NCBI GenBank assembly: GCA_963735035.1
Contig: CAVTJJ010000003.1
Coordinates: 768,001-832,000 of the forward strand
DNA length: 64,000 nt
Reading direction: 5' to 3'
Origin: an uncultured candidate division Zixibacteria bacterium
GTDB taxonomy: Bacteria > Zixibacteria > MSB-5A5 > GN15 > FEB-12
Shown here: positions 37,948-47,770 of the stretch, piece by piece
How the letters are laid out: each line of letters begins with the position of its first letter
Position numbering within the stretch: position 1 is the stretch's first letter
Position numbers and translations under genes: made by a program
Notes under the pieces: generated by a model
The model's input: only the letters and a program-made list of their open reading frames with translations
Database searches by the model: none
Told to the model about the DNA's origin: nothing

Positions 37948-39732
37948 CCATTGACGAACAAAACCTGTTTCAAGCCCAATTGCTGATCGAAGAACTTCGT
38001 CGGCACGGTGTGACACGGTTTGTCGTCTGCCCCGGTTCGCGCTCGACCCCGCTGGTGCTGGCACTGTCAATGGAAGAGCGGGTCGAGTGCGTGGTGCATC
38101 ACGACGAACGTGGCGCCGGATATTACGCGGTCGGATACGCCCGTGCTACCGGACAGGCCGCAGCGGTGGTGACTACGTCCGGAACGGCGGCGGTGAATCT
38201 TCATCCGGCCATCGTTGAAGCCTCACAGGACAATCTTCCGTTGGTCGCTCTGACAGCAGATCGTCCGCCGGAACTGCATGTGCGCGGCGTGAATCAGACT
38301 ATCGAGCAGAAGAATCTGTTCGGCACTCATGTCCGTTTTGCGGCGGACCTGCCATGTCCCGATGATATTGAACCAACCGATTCGCTCACCCTGATCGATC
38401 AGGCTTGCAGTTATTTGACCGGCCGCACTGGTCCGATCGGGCCCGTGCACATCAATTGCATGTACCGCGAGCCGCTGGTGCCTACTGCCGAATAAGTTGA
38501 GACCGTATCGTCAGGTAATTGAGAACAACTATCCGGATCTTAAGCAATGGCTGATTCGAACAAGAGTTACGATTCAGACTCGACGACCCACAGTTGCGCA
38601 GGACATAACGGACCTGAACACAATAGCCTGCATAGTACAAAGCTCCAAACGTGGCTTGATGCTGGTCGGACATCTTCGCTCCGAAGCCGAGCAGGAAGCA
38701 GTACGTAATTGATCGGCAGACTTGGTTGGCCGACACTCGCCGACATCACATCAGGTCTGGCCGGTACACAGCAACCACTTCATCGTCTATCACCACGACT
38801 TGATTCTGCGTCGGAGCGATTCACCAGGAGCCATGCACCTGACACAATCCTGCACGTTGGCGGACGGTTGACATCGAAACGATTGCTGCAATTCATGGAG
38901 ATGTCGCGTCCGACAAATTACGTCTTCAACGCCGGCGGCGGGATCGTCTACGACCCGGTCGGTGTGGTGACTCGACGATCCAACTATGACACCGGCACGT
39001 TCTGCCGGCAACTCACAAGACAACTTGCTAACAGTAATCATGACCCGGTGTGGTGCGGAATCTGGCGCGCCGCTTCCGAGAAATGCCGACAGGTTGTCGC
39101 CAAGTCGTGCGGCGCGATTGACACGTTGACCGAACCGGTATTGGCCCACCTTATTGCTCGCGATGTCCCTGATAACGCAGGTCTCTTCTTAGCCAGCTCA
39201 ATGCCGATTCGCGACATGGATATGTTCGCCACTTCGAAACGTGCTTTGCCTGTAGCTGCCAACCGGGGTGCCTCGGGGATCGACGGCACCATCGCCTCAG
39301 CCTGCGGGTACGCCGACGGGCTGAACCGTCCCGTCACATTGTTGATCGGCGATCAAGCGTTCCTGCACGACTCTGAGTTCACTGCCGTTGATAGCCGCCA
39401 GTCATCAACCGGTCACTATCGTGATCGTAAACAACCGTGGTGGCCGTATCTTCGAACAACTGCCGGTGGCGGCACATCATAAAGCGTTCGATCGGTTCTT
39501 TGTCGCCCCGCACAATCTGACTGTCGATAAGATCGCAAGCACGTTCGGAATCGATTATACCCACGTCTCAGACCGGGGTTCATTCGAGAGAGCTTACAAC
39601 AAATCCTCTGCCTCAAGACTCTCTTCGATAGTCGAAGTTGAGATGAACCCGGTTTCAAGCCGGGAACACCGCCACCGAATAATCAGCGAAATCAAATCCG
39701 TAACAGACTCTCTGACAATTCAATCGGTATGA
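37944..39732 (+). CDS. menD: SEPHCHC synthase, broken by about three frameshifts (near 38490, 38710, 39375)
   Basis: CPGSRSTPL, DERGAGY, TSGTAAVN, LTADRPPEL, GPVHIN; SSMPIRD, NRGASGIDG; NNRGGRIFEQLP. Confidence 0.88.
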
Positions 39733-40530
39733 CTCTTCCGTCGTACAGTCTGACTTACTCTGCCGACGCGCAGAAGACCGTGCTGTTCCTGCACGGCTTC
39801 ATGGGCTGCCGGTATGATTGGAATGAAGTGGTGGAGCATATCGGTCTGCGGTATCGCTCTCTGCGAATCGATCTTCCCGGACATCATTGGTCGTGTTCGG
39901 ATCTCTCTCCCGAATCTTACTCTATGCCGGAATGTGCGCAACTCGTGATCGATCTGCTGAATCACAATCGCGTGGAGCAAGTGTCACCTGGTCGGTTATT
40001 CGATGGGTGGACGGCTCGGGCTGTATCTTCTCACCCATTTCCCTGAGCGATTCACGGCCGCGGTAATCGAATCCGCTTCACCGGGTCTTCGCACCGACAC
40101 GGAACGAGAGGCACGACTAAAGGACGATCTGAGACTGGCGCGCCGTCTGCGCGAGGAACCGTTTGATAAGTTCGTGCGCGCCTGGTATCGCCTGCCGCTC
40201 TTCAACACGATTGATCAGAGTACTCCCCGTTTCGAAGCTCTTATTCAGCGCCGAATGGAAGCAGATCCCCTCAGTCTCGCCTTGTCACTGGAGCAGATGG
40301 GTACCGGATCGATGCCTTCGCTCTGGGACGAATTGCCGCGCCTTGAGATACCGACGCTGTTTGTCGCCGGCGAGAAAGACGAAAAGTACCGCTCTCTGGC
40401 ACACGAAATGGCGACCTTGTGTCCGAGGGGGCAAGTCGCTATAATTCCGGGCGCCGGGCACAATACTCATTTCGAACGCCCGGAGGAGTTCAGCCGCATA
40501 CTCACAGGATTCTTTGACGCGGACAGATGA
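39729..40530 (+). CDS. menH: SHCHC synthase (alpha/beta hydrolase), frameshift near 39985
   Basis: FLHGFMG, IDLPGH, GYSMGGR across frames, [16 protein letters not shown]. Confidence 0.85.
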
Positions 40531-40537
40531 GGCAGTT

Positions 40538-41359
40538 ATGACGAAATACAATTGGATCGAATCCGGCAAGTATCAGGATATCAAGTACCACAAATTCGAG
40601 GGGATCGCTCGAATAACGATCAACCGTCCCGAAGTGCGCAACGCGTTCAGACCCAAAACGGTCTTCGAGATGTCCGAGGCACTCAACGACGCTCGCATGG
40701 ACCCGAATATTGGCGTGGTCATTCTCACCGGCGAAGGCGATCAGGCTTTCTGTTCCGGCGGCGACCAGAAGATCCGAGGTGATTCCGGCTACAGTGATGA
40801 AAATGGGACGAACCATCTTAACGTACTCGATTTCCAGCGTCAGATGCGTACCTGCCCCAAACCGATCATCGCCATGGTGGCCGGATATGCAATCGGCGGC
40901 GGCCACGTGTTGCACCTGATGTGCGACCTGACCATCGCCGCCGACAACGCCGTGTTCGGCCAGACGGGACCGAAAGTCGGTTCGTTCGACGGCGGCTACG
41001 GCGCCTCGTACATGGCCCGGATTGTCGGACAGAAGAAAGCCCGTGAAATCTGGTTCCTGTGTCGTCAATACGACGCCCGTCAGGCGCTCGAAATGGGTCT
41101 CGTGAACGTGGTGGTGCCGTTGACGCAACTCGAAGACGAGACCGTGCAATGGTGTCGTGAGATTCTGACCAACTCCCCCATGGCAATTCGTTGCCTCAAG
41201 GCTGCGCTCAACGCCGATTGCGACGGCCAGGCCGGGCTTCAGGAGTTGGCCGGCAACGCCACCATGCTTTACTACATGAGCGAAGAAGCTCAGGAAGGGC
41301 GCGACGCTTTCAAAGAGAAGCGCAAACCGAATTTCTCCAAATTCCGCCGCCAACCGTAG
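40538..41359 (+). CDS. menB: 1,4-dihydroxy-2-naphthoyl-CoA synthase
   Basis: [45 protein letters not shown]. Confidence 0.97.
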   Translation: MTKYNWIESGKYQDIKYHKFEGIARITINRPEVRNAFRPKTVFEMSEALNDARMDPNIGVVILTGEGDQAFCSGGDQKIRGDSGYSDENGTNHLNVLDFQRQMRTCPKPIIAMVAGYAIGGGHVLHLMCDLTIAADNAVFGQTGPKVGSFDGGYGASYMARIVGQKKAREIWFLCRQYDARQALEMGLVNVVVPLTQLEDETVQWCREILTNSPMAIRCLKAALNADCDGQAGLQELAGNATMLYYMSEEAQEGRDAFKEKRKPNFSKFRRQP

Positions 41360-41368
41360 GTGCCACGC

Positions 41369-42250
41369 ATGGCGCAGAATCAATTTCAGGTCTGGTTACT
41401 CGCGGCGCGTCTGAAAACCCTTCCAGCCGCTTCCGCACCCGTCATAATAGGCACGGCCATGGCGCACACCGGCGGAGGCATCCACTGGCCGTCGGCCCTG
41501 GCTGCGTTAGTCGGCGCGCTGCTCATTCAGGTAGGCACTAATTTCGCCAATGACTATTTCGATTTTCACAAAGGAGCCGATACCCCCGACCGCCTCGGAC
41601 CGCTCCGAGTTACTCAGGCCGGACTGGTTAGTCCGGACGCAATGAAGCGTGCGACTATTCTCGTTTTCGCGCTGGCCATCCTGATCGGCGTCTATCTCGT
41701 CTGGCGGGGTGGCTGGCCGATTGTGATTATCGGCCTGCTGTCGGTCCTGTTCGGCGTACTCTATACCGGCGGGCCGTATCCGCTCGGCTACAACGGTCTG
41801 GCTGATGCGTTCGTGTTGATATTTTTCGGTCCGGTAGCAGTCAGTGGAACTTACTACGTACAGACCCTCGACATCAACTCGGCGGTGGTTTTCGCAGGTC
41901 TCGCACCCGGACTCTTCTCAGTGGCTATACTTACAGTTAATAATCTACGCGATATCGAAAGTGATCGGAGCGCCGGGAAGAAGACCCTGGCCGTTCGATT
42001 CGGGCGCACGTTCGCTTTGAGCGAATACAACTGGTCGATGTTCTTCGCATGTACTATCCCGTTCGCCCTGGTGCTGTTCTTTCGTGCGCCAATGTCAGCC
42101 ATGCTGGCTTCTTTGACAGTCGTCCCGGCGATCATGGCGATGCGCAAAGTTGCGCGGGTCACGGGCCGCGATTTGAATGACTGTCTGGCCGGAACCGGAC
42201 GTCTATTGATAGTTTACAGCATTCTCTTTTCACTCGGCTGGATCTTATGA
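41369..42250 (+). CDS. menA: DHNA polyprenyltransferase
   Basis: ARLKTLPA, QVGTNFANDYFD, DRLGPLR, YTGGPYPLGY, VNNLRDIESD..GKKTLAVRFG. Confidence 0.93.
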   Translation: MAQNQFQVWLLAARLKTLPAASAPVIIGTAMAHTGGGIHWPSALAALVGALLIQVGTNFANDYFDFHKGADTPDRLGPLRVTQAGLVSPDAMKRATILVFALAILIGVYLVWRGGWPIVIIGLLSVLFGVLYTGGPYPLGYNGLADAFVLIFFGPVAVSGTYYVQTLDINSAVVFAGLAPGLFSVAILTVNNLRDIESDRSAGKKTLAVRFGRTFALSEYNWSMFFACTIPFALVLFFRAPMSAMLASLTVVPAIMAMRKVARVTGRDLNDCLAGTGRLLIVYSILFSLGWIL

Positions 42251-43345
42251 AATTCGTCGATGCCGAACTCTTTACTTATCAACTGCCGTTGCTTCGACCA
42301 CTTATACTTAAGAACGCTACTATCACAGAGCGAAGCGGTTGTCTAATCAAGCTCACGTCCGAGTCCGGTGCGGTCGGCTGGGGCGAAGCGGCTCCGCTGC
42401 CCGGCTTTTCCTCCGAGTCGCTTGATGAAGCTATTCAGCAACTACGTAATCTGGCGCCACGACTGATCGGCTCGAATGCCCCGATGGCGCTGGTTGAGCT
42501 TACCGACGGTTTCCATCCGGGGCTCTGCACACATCCACATGCTCCGTCGGTTCAATGCGCGCTGGAGATGGCAGTACTCAACGTGATAGCCGCTCACGGA
42601 TCAACTTCCCTGGCGCAGTTACTTCACAAACGACCCGCTTCGTCGATCCCGCTCAATAGACTGATTACGGACGATGCGACGGATTGTGAGAGCACCCGCG
42701 CACTATTGCAGCGTGGATTCAGCACGATAAAGATGAAGGTTGGTCGGAACCCCTTAGCGATCGACATCGCACGAGTACACAAAGTAAGCGATGAACTTGC
42801 CGACCGAGCTGCCCTCCGTTTGGACGCCAACCGCGCCTGGAATTTTGAAGACGCCATAGACTTTGCCAGATCAATCTCCGACCGCAGGATCGAATATATC
42901 GAAGAGCCGTTGTCGGATCTGTCAATGCTGTCAGGAATTCTGTGCCAGAACCGGTCTGCCCGTGGCACTCGACGAGAGCCTGATCGGAATGTCATCCGAC
43001 GATTTGCGCGAGCATCACTATGCGTCAGCAATTGTTCTCAAACCTACACTGATAGGAGGATTCGAGAAATCGGCCTCATTGGCGCGGATCGCACGTGAAC
43101 TGGGTATGAAGGTCGTGATTAGTTCATCTTTCGAGAGCGGTGTCGGCATAGCGGCTCTGGCACAATTTGCCGCGGCCTACGCCCTTCCCGACACAGCGGC
43201 AGGTCTTGATACGATGACTTGGTTTACGCATGATCTATTGACCAGGCCGATTGACTGCTCACGCGGTCGCATCGATATCGCAAAGGCCAACCAGGTCGCC
43301 CGCGACGTTGACGAATCGCGACTGCACAGGATTGGCCATGGATAG
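42247..43345 (+). CDS. menC: o-Succinylbenzoate synthase, frameshift near 42930
   Basis: GWGEAAPLPGFS, KMKVG, LRLDANRAW, YIEEP; VALDESL, VLKPTLIGG, ISSSFESGVG. Confidence 0.88.
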
Positions 43346-44973
43346 GATCACCGAATCCCTCGAACTTGCTGCTGAACAGTATGGAGAACAACCCGCCCTG
43401 GTTGACCACGTCCGCGTTGTTTCGTGGCGCGAAGTACAATCCGCCGTCACACAACTGGAAACGAACCTGCTCACTCTTGGCGTGCGACCGGGCGATCGTA
43501 TAGCCGTGGTCGAGAACAATAGCATTCAACTCCCCCTTCTGATTCTGGCCAATATCCGACTGGGCACCGTAACAGTGCTGATAAGCCCTCGATTTCCCGA
43601 GACCACACGAAATGCTATGATCAAATCAGTCGGTGGCCGAATCCTGGACGGATGGGACAAAGGCCTGATAAGCATCAACGTTCCGAAGGCTGATGGTGCC
43701 CGGCAGATGTCCACATCTGCCGACTCGAACGGCGCTCTTTGTACCCCACCCAACGGGTGGGATTTGTCGCCCTGGATGCCCCGCCTGAAGCGGGGCAAGA
43801 CAGAGTGTTGGCCCGCTCGTGAAGAATGCCCGGTCCGCCGCGACGAACCCACCTCTGCCGACTCGTTTACGCCTCTACTTGAGAGTGCCCGGCAGATGCC
43901 CACATCTGCCGACTCGGACGACACGCCGGCCACAATCGTCTTCACCTCCGGCAGCACCGGCACACCCAAAGCGGTGTCTGCACTCCATCGGCAATCATTA
44001 CTACAGCGCACTGGGCTCTAACCAGTTGATGCCGGTCGCTCCTGATGATCGCTGGCTGCTCGCCCTGCCGCTATATCATGTCGGTGGCCTGGGGATACTC
44101 TTCCGTTGCCTGCTAGGTGGCGGAGCAGTCGTGTTTGAGAGGCGTGGAATCGATCTGGTAGACCAGATCATTCAGGATCAAATCACGCATCTTGTCGCTC
44201 GTGCCGACTCAGCTTCGTCGGCTGCTGCAACATCCCGACTATCGGTCAACTGTGCTCCTCTCTGAAAGTGATCTTGTTGGGTGGCGGGCCGATTCCACCC
44301 GATCTGCTGCAACAATCGTTAGACGCCGGACTACCGGTTTTCCCGTCCTACGGCTTGACCGAAATGACCTCGCAGGTCGCTACCGCCACACCTCATGACC
44401 CCAATGTCCCCCGCGTGCTGCCATATCGGGAAGTCATGATCGCCGACTGACGGAGCCATATGCGTACGCGGTGAGACGCTCTTCCTCGGATATGTCACTG
44501 CAGACGGAGTCGATCGCCCCCTTGATGCCGACGGCTGGTTTCACACCGGCGATATTGGAAGTATCGACTCAAGGGGATGCCTGCACGTTCTTGGCCGCAG
44601 AGATAACATGTTCATCTCCGGCGGAGAGAATATTCATCCGGAGCAGATCGAAGCAGCACTGGTAGGAATTGAAGGTATTGACGAAGCTGTCATAGTTCCA
44701 ATCGACGATCCAGAGTATGGCCAACGTCCGGTAGCGTTTCTTCGATATCTTCCCGACTTGAACCTGTCGGAAACCGAGTCGGATCTCCCCGAAGAGACAC
44801 GGTTCGGTTTCGACCATCAGTCCTTGTCAACACAACTTGAGAAGACACTCCCCCGGTTTATGCTTCCAGTTGTGTATTATCCCTGGCCGCAGGCGTACAA
44901 GCCGGCGGGAATCAAGCACGATCGACCGTTCTTCAGAGAACTGGCCGCGCGTCTCCACCGTAACAAACGTTGA
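43338..44973 (+). CDS. menE: OSB-CoA ligase with several frameshifts and an in-frame repeat-derived insertion
   Basis: FTSGSTGTPKAV, LPLYHVGGLGI, SYGLTEMTSQV, GWFHTGDIG, MFISGGENIHPEQIE, YGQRPVA distributed over frames. Confidence 0.85.
43696..43917. repeat. Two copies of GTGCCCGGCAGATG(T/C)CCACATCTGCCG inside menE
   Basis: Copies at 43696-43722 and 43885-43911; same element intergenic at 30557, 47631 (reverse), 62173, 63359. Confidence 0.9.
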
Positions 44974-44974
44974 A

Positions 44975-45388
44975 TTAGACCGCCTGGTAAATCTGTTCCA
45001 GCGCTTGCTTGAGTGGGGCAGGCAATTCGATCTTCTGGTTGCCGGCCAGTTCGATCATGACATGAACAGTCGAAACCGTCGCCAGATCAGCCCCGTCCGG
45101 ACCCTTCACCAGATACCGAAGTACAAATGAATGTTCGGAGATCTTCGAACAGGTCATCTGTATTGTCAACCGATCACCCACCACTGCGGGTTGCAGATAA
45201 TCGGCTTCAGCATGGACGATCGGGATCAGAATCTTTCTTTCGCGCAACGCCTGGGCGAAACTGATGCCGTTCTTCTCGAGATAGGTCTGATAGGCGTCGT
45301 GGGCGATGCGAAAGTAGTTTCCGAAAAAGACTATTCCGGCTGCATCGGTGTCGTACAGCTTGACGGTCGTTTCGTACTTGAAAGCCAT
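44975..45388 (-). CDS. Hotdog-fold acyl-CoA thioesterase (4HBT family), likely DHNA-CoA hydrolase
   Basis: YDTDAAGIVFFGNY, PIVHAEADYLQP; adjacent to the men operon. Confidence 0.82.
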   Translation of the reverse strand: MAFKYETTVKLYDTDAAGIVFFGNYFRIAHDAYQTYLEKNGISFAQALRERKILIPIVHAEADYLQPAVVGDRLTIQMTCSKISEHSFVLRYLVKGPDGADLATVSTVHVMIELAGNQKIELPAPLKQALEQIYQAV

Positions 45389-45494
45389 GACCTGTCATCT
45401 CCTGTGTCGTCGCACCTGCCGTTGCGACCGTTGGAAGAAACGGCCGGAAGCCTTTAGCTCCCGGCCGTAGTAATCTACAAAATCAAACCGACTG

Positions 45495-47417
45495 TTACTT
45501 TAGCTGAGCCAGTTCTTTCTCAAGCAAAGTGACGTATTGATCGAGTCGGTCGACAATCGCCTGGAAAGTCTCCGGCTTGCTGAGATCGACACCGGCCTTC
45601 TTGAGCAGTTCCATCGGATAGTCGCTGCTACCTGATTTCAGCAGGGTCATGTAACGATCCAACCCGGCCTTCTGGACTTTCTTGTCCTTCGACGTTATCT
45701 CCGCCGCCAGCTTCGCCGAGGTGGCGTAGCAGGTAGCGTACTTATAGACGTAGAACGGCGTATTGTAGAAGTGCGGTATGCGTGTCCAGACGTAGCGGTA
45801 CTGGTCGTCCACGGTCACGGCATCACCGTAATACTCCTTCTGAAGCGTTCCATACAGAGCGGCGATTGACTCAGCCGTCATCGGTTGACCCTGCTCGACA
45901 GCTTCATGCATCCGCATTTCGAAATCGGCCCACATCGACTGCGTATAGAACGTCTGATCGATGCTGTTGATGGCGCGCGTGAGAAGGGCGATGCGTTCCA
46001 CCGGGTCCTTCGTCTTGGTCAGCATGTAATCCAGCAGCAGCGCTTCGTTCATGGTCGAGGCAACTTCGGCGACAAAGATGGTCGGCTGCGAAGTGCTGAA
46101 CGGCTGCGTCTCGCTCGACAGCATGCTGTGCATGCAGTGACCGAGTTCGTGCGCCATCGTGTACATGTTATCCACGGATTCATTGTAGTTCATCAACAGG
46201 AACGGGTGGACACCATAAGTGGATGCTGAGAAGGCGCCGGTCCGCTTGCCGTCGTTCTCGTATACGTCGATCCAGCGACTATCGAAGGCGGTGCGAAGGC
46301 GAGCCTGATAGTCCTTGCCTAACGGCGCCATCGCCTGAATTATCGGTGCCTGGATGCTATCGTAGGGGTATTTCTTGTCAAAGTCGACGATGGGAATCAT
46401 ACCGTCATACAGGTGATATTCAGTCAATCCGAGTCTCGCTTTGACGAGCTTATAGTAGCGTTGAAGCGGTCCGACGCCACCCTTGACGGTGTTGACCAGA
46501 TTCTTATAGACGTCGGGCGGCACGTTGTCGCCGTTCAGGTAAGATTCGAGGCAAGTGGGGTAGTTGCGCGCCTGGGCCGATGCCCAGTCACTCTGAAGAA
46601 CGCCGTTGTAGATGGCGGCGTAGGTGTTACGATTGTCCACGTACACGCCGTAGAAACCCTCGAACGCCTTAGCGCGATCCGCCTGGTTTCGGTTGGAGGA
46701 GAGTATACTGTAATAGGAGCCTGGCGTAAGTTTGACCGATTTCCCGTCCGACAGAGTAGTCGTGGGATATTTAATGTCGGCCGTGGACAGTTTCCCGAAA
46801 ATAGTCCCCGGAGCGCCATTTACCTGCGAGAAATACGAGAGTAATTGCTCTTTGTCTTCGCTGAGAACGTGGGCCTGTTGACGATACAGGTCTTCGATAC
46901 CCAACCGATACGGTTTCAATTCGGGTGTGGTATCGAGCCAGCCCTTCATGGTCTCCCACGGAATAGCGAGCAATTCCGGATTATACCAGGCGGTAGCGAT
47001 CCCGAACTTGGCGAAGGCAATCTGGACCTGCTGAATCCGGCCGGACGCGGAATTATCCCTCGTATCCTGGGCGCTGTTAAGGCTGGCGTACTGGTAGACC
47101 TTATAGGCCAGCATACCCAATTCATCACTCACTTTGCTGGCTTTCAGAATCGCCTGCGGTCCACCGGCGAGCGATCCTTTTAGCGCCGCATACTCATCCA
47201 TCAACTGTTGCAGCCGGGTTAGTCCCTGCTCCCAGGCGGTCCAGTCGGTGTAGATCTGGCTCAGGTCCCACTTGTATTTGTCGGGGATCGAGTCCCGGTT
47301 CAGTGTGTTCGGTCCGGCCTGGGCCATACCTGCCGCGAGCGCCAGGACCAGTGTCAGCGTCATACCCAGCGCTGACAATCTGCGCGTTAACTGTGTCACG
47401 TTAAGAGCTCCTTTCAT
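45495..47417 (-). CDS. pepF: Oligoendopeptidase F (M3B) with signal peptide
   Basis: KYKWDLSQIY, WIDVYENDGKRTGAF, TMAHELGHCMH (HExxH), AEVAST, PHFYNTPFYVYKYA. Confidence 0.93.
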   Translation of the reverse strand: MKGALNVTQLTRRLSALGMTLTLVLALAAGMAQAGPNTLNRDSIPDKYKWDLSQIYTDWTAWEQGLTRLQQLMDEYAALKGSLAGGPQAILKASKVSDELGMLAYKVYQYASLNSAQDTRDNSASGRIQQVQIAFAKFGIATAWYNPELLAIPWETMKGWLDTTPELKPYRLGIEDLYRQQAHVLSEDKEQLLSYFSQVNGAPGTIFGKLSTADIKYPTTTLSDGKSVKLTPGSYYSILSSNRNQADRAKAFEGFYGVYVDNRNTYAAIYNGVLQSDWASAQARNYPTCLESYLNGDNVPPDVYKNLVNTVKGGVGPLQRYYKLVKARLGLTEYHLYDGMIPIVDFDKKYPYDSIQAPIIQAMAPLGKDYQARLRTAFDSRWIDVYENDGKRTGAFSASTYGVHPFLLMNYNESVDNMYTMAHELGHCMHSMLSSETQPFSTSQPTIFVAEVASTMNEALLLDYMLTKTKDPVERIALLTRAINSIDQTFYTQSMWADFEMRMHEAVEQGQPMTAESIAALYGTLQKEYYGDAVTVDDQYRYVWTRIPHFYNTPFYVYKYATCYATSAKLAAEITSKDKKVQKAGLDRYMTLLKSGSSDYPMELLKKAGVDLSKPETFQAIVDRLDQYVTLLEKELAQLK

Positions 47418-47630
47418 CAGTGCAACCCTGTTGTTTCTTCAAGGCCCTAAAGGTAGCAGCCGCAGCAACCGATGTCAACTGGCTTGGAGAGAGAAGCTTC
47501 GGACGCAGGTGCTCGGCCCTATTCGAGCCTGCAGCAGCGGCTGCCTTGCTAGTCATTGCGAGCTAAGATGGCCCGCCGTCAAGCGGGACTTCGTAGCGCG
47601 GCAATCTCAATTCGGCGACATCGATACGAG

Positions 47631-47709
47631 CCGGCAGATGTGGGCATCTGCCGGGCACTTAGTAACATTTGAGATCGCCACGGCCGCCGGGGGCGGCCTC
47701 GCGATGACA
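47631..47709. repeat. REP-like palindromes
   Basis: Reverse copy of the GTGCCCGGCAGATG element plus GAGATCGCCACGGCCGCC..GGCGGCCTCGCGATGAC. Confidence 0.75.
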
Positions 47710-47770
47710 GCTTCGGGCGTCTTTCAACACTCCCAATCGCGCTAAAAGTCCCCTGCCTTGTGAAAGTAGA

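Noticed and set aside
41369..42250. DGGGP synthase partner for the GGGPS gene
   Set aside because: Motifs and operon position identify MenA
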